DNA from: Sedimentisphaerales bacterium
GTDB lineage: Bacteria; Planctomycetota; Phycisphaerae; Sedimentisphaerales; SM23-30
Assembly: GCA_963666285.1 (NCBI GenBank)
Contig: OY762711.1
Length of the DNA: 64,000 bases
Strand: one strand, 5' to 3'
The position numbers and the translations under genes are program-made. The notes beneath the pieces are model-generated. The model made no database searches and had not been told where the DNA came from. It was given only the letters and a program-made list of their open reading frames with translations. Below are positions 62,672 through 64,000 of the stretch, in pieces (the first letter of the stretch is position 1; every line of letters begins with the position of its first letter).

Positions 62672-64000
62672 TTACTGTCCCGGATTTGGCTGTAGGGCGG
62701 ACCAGTTAGCAGGGTCGTTGCCGTAAGAGTCTTCATATATCCGATTCAGGCTGGTACCATCACTGTCAGGAGCGGTAGGCCAAGGCAGATAGTCATCATA
62801 TTTGACTTTATCAACACAGATCCAGAACCTGTCGCTATCCCATTCCTGATCGCCAGGCATTGATAGCTGGATAGTTTCACCATCGTTAGAAAGTGAACCA
62901 CTTGTCCATTGGAATATACGAGTTCCAGAAGGAACAGTTGAATAATAAGCGTTAAAGGCTGCGGCATCCTTCACCAGTAAAATACGTTCACCGGCAGATA
63001 GGGTAGTATTGGCCGGGAATGTATATTCAATGCCGTTAGTGACACTCCATGGAATTGAATCGTTGGTAATTTGAGACGGGTCAGGTCCGAATTGAGTGCC
63101 GACAGTTGAAAACAGGTCAACGTCAGATGCTGTGATATTGACAAGCTCAAGATATTCAAGTGCGTTGTCTGTTGGGTGATACATAATCTCACTGATAACA
63201 ACAGGTCCGACAAGCGGATCGGAATTAACATCACCATCGGTTTTTGAACTCATCGCAACAAAATTATACTCGCCTGTGCTGTTTTGATATCTTCCAAATG
63301 AAACATCGGTCTGTGATGCATCAAAATCTTCTTTCGTACGGTATCCGGTAAATTCACCGGCAGCGGCAGAGTAGAGATAAAGGGTTTCACCGCCTTCACT
63401 AAGTCCAAATCCTGTAGGAATGACCAGTTTGCCGAAATGAATATCTTCATAAAATACGACATAATCACCTGACTGAAGAATAGTATTTTCAGGGATTTCA
63501 AATTTCTTCAGATCAGCCTGATCATCACTGATGTACCAGCCGCTTATGTCGATTGCATGTTCAGAACTATTAAACAGTTCGATCCAGTCAGCAGCGTCCG
63601 CGTGTGAGTGGGCAAGTACTTCATTAAACACGATCGTTTCGGTGTTGAGTGAGCCTGGTGTCGGGATATTGAAGAAAGCATACTCGCCTGAATTTTCCGG
63701 ATTGGCACCTTGCGATACACCCGTTGTCTGAGGCAGATACAAGATACTGTCGATAATGTTCAGGTCTGAATCGTATAGGGCAATAAACTCTTCATCGGCA
63801 TCCAATCGGAAATTAAGATGACCAGGTGCATCGCTATTATCTGCTGTTAACAGCATTAAGCCGTACCCGTCAATAAAATTCAGGTCAGCAAATTCATATT
63901 TAGTCTGCTGGTTTAGCGGATTGTCAGTGATGAAAATTCCGCTAACATTTACAGGATGGCTATCAGCGTTATAGAGTTCGATGAAATCATCACCAGACTG
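62672..64000 (-). CDS. Lamin-tail-domain repeat secreted protein (often CotH-associated); 5' end outside the window
   Basis: Repeated NEVLAH/SEIMYH...DWIELFN/EYLELVN...L...GE...TPG LTD units; the frame stays open to position 64000. Confidence 0.8.
   Translation of the reverse strand, partial: QSGDDFIELYNADSHPVNVSGIFITDNPLNQQTKYEFADLNFIDGYGLMLLTADNSDAPGHLNFRLDADEEFIALYDSDLNIIDSILYLPQTTGVSQGANPENSGEYAFFNIPTPGSLNTETIVFNEVLAHSHADAADWIELFNSSEHAIDISGWYISDDQADLKKFEIPENTILQSGDYVVFYEDIHFGKLVIPTGFGLSEGGETLYLYSAAAGEFTGYRTKEDFDASQTDVSFGRYQNSTGEYNFVAMSSKTDGDVNSDPLVGPVVISEIMYHPTDNALEYLELVNITASDVDLFSTVGTQFGPDPSQITNDSIPWSVTNGIEYTFPANTTLSAGERILLVKDAAAFNAYYSTVPSGTRIFQWTSGSLSNDGETIQLSMPGDQEWDSDRFWICVDKVKYDDYLPWPTAPDSDGTSLNRIYEDSYGNDPANWSALQPNPGQ

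Overview
Bacterial chromosome segment, most likely a Planctomycetota (Phycisphaerae/Sedimentisphaerales-like) genome. That assignment is inferred from the PEP-CTERM proteins, the Rhodopirellula-type ECF sigma/FecR pair, a DUF1559-like prepilin, tandem groEL paralogues and dockerin-like EF-hand tags. A central housekeeping block (about 18.2-45.1 kb) carries asnS, coaX, hisA, cmk, a pilM cluster, thiC, rfbD, coaD, murA and the groEL-groES-groEL-dnaJ-grpE operon. On its left is a repeat-rich, partly accessory region (pruA/AraC/proC, nadC, fbaA, GH43, an RHS remnant). On its right is a block of secreted glycan-active proteins (GH16, GxGYxYP, then ECF sigma/anti-sigma, PEP-CTERM, LamG, GH27, lamin-tail protein) interrupted by tRNA-Arg(TCT). 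The most unusual signals are non-coding: (1) a ~650-bp structured element present as two inverted copies (17.4-18.1 kb and 52.55-53.19 kb) at core/accessory borders, with a strand-polarised family of AGGTGT-footed hairpins and a visible switch in base and codon skew; (2) a six-copy MITE-like family; (3) a ~125-bp palindromic element in opposite orientations ahead of two CAZyme clusters; (4) a candidate ~170-nt sRNA; (5) a sigma-54 promoter with upstream TGNCA boxes on the chaperone operon. At protein level, two adjacent secreted proteins share an unnamed ~180-aa CBM-like module. All calls are by eye; no database searches or folding computations were run.
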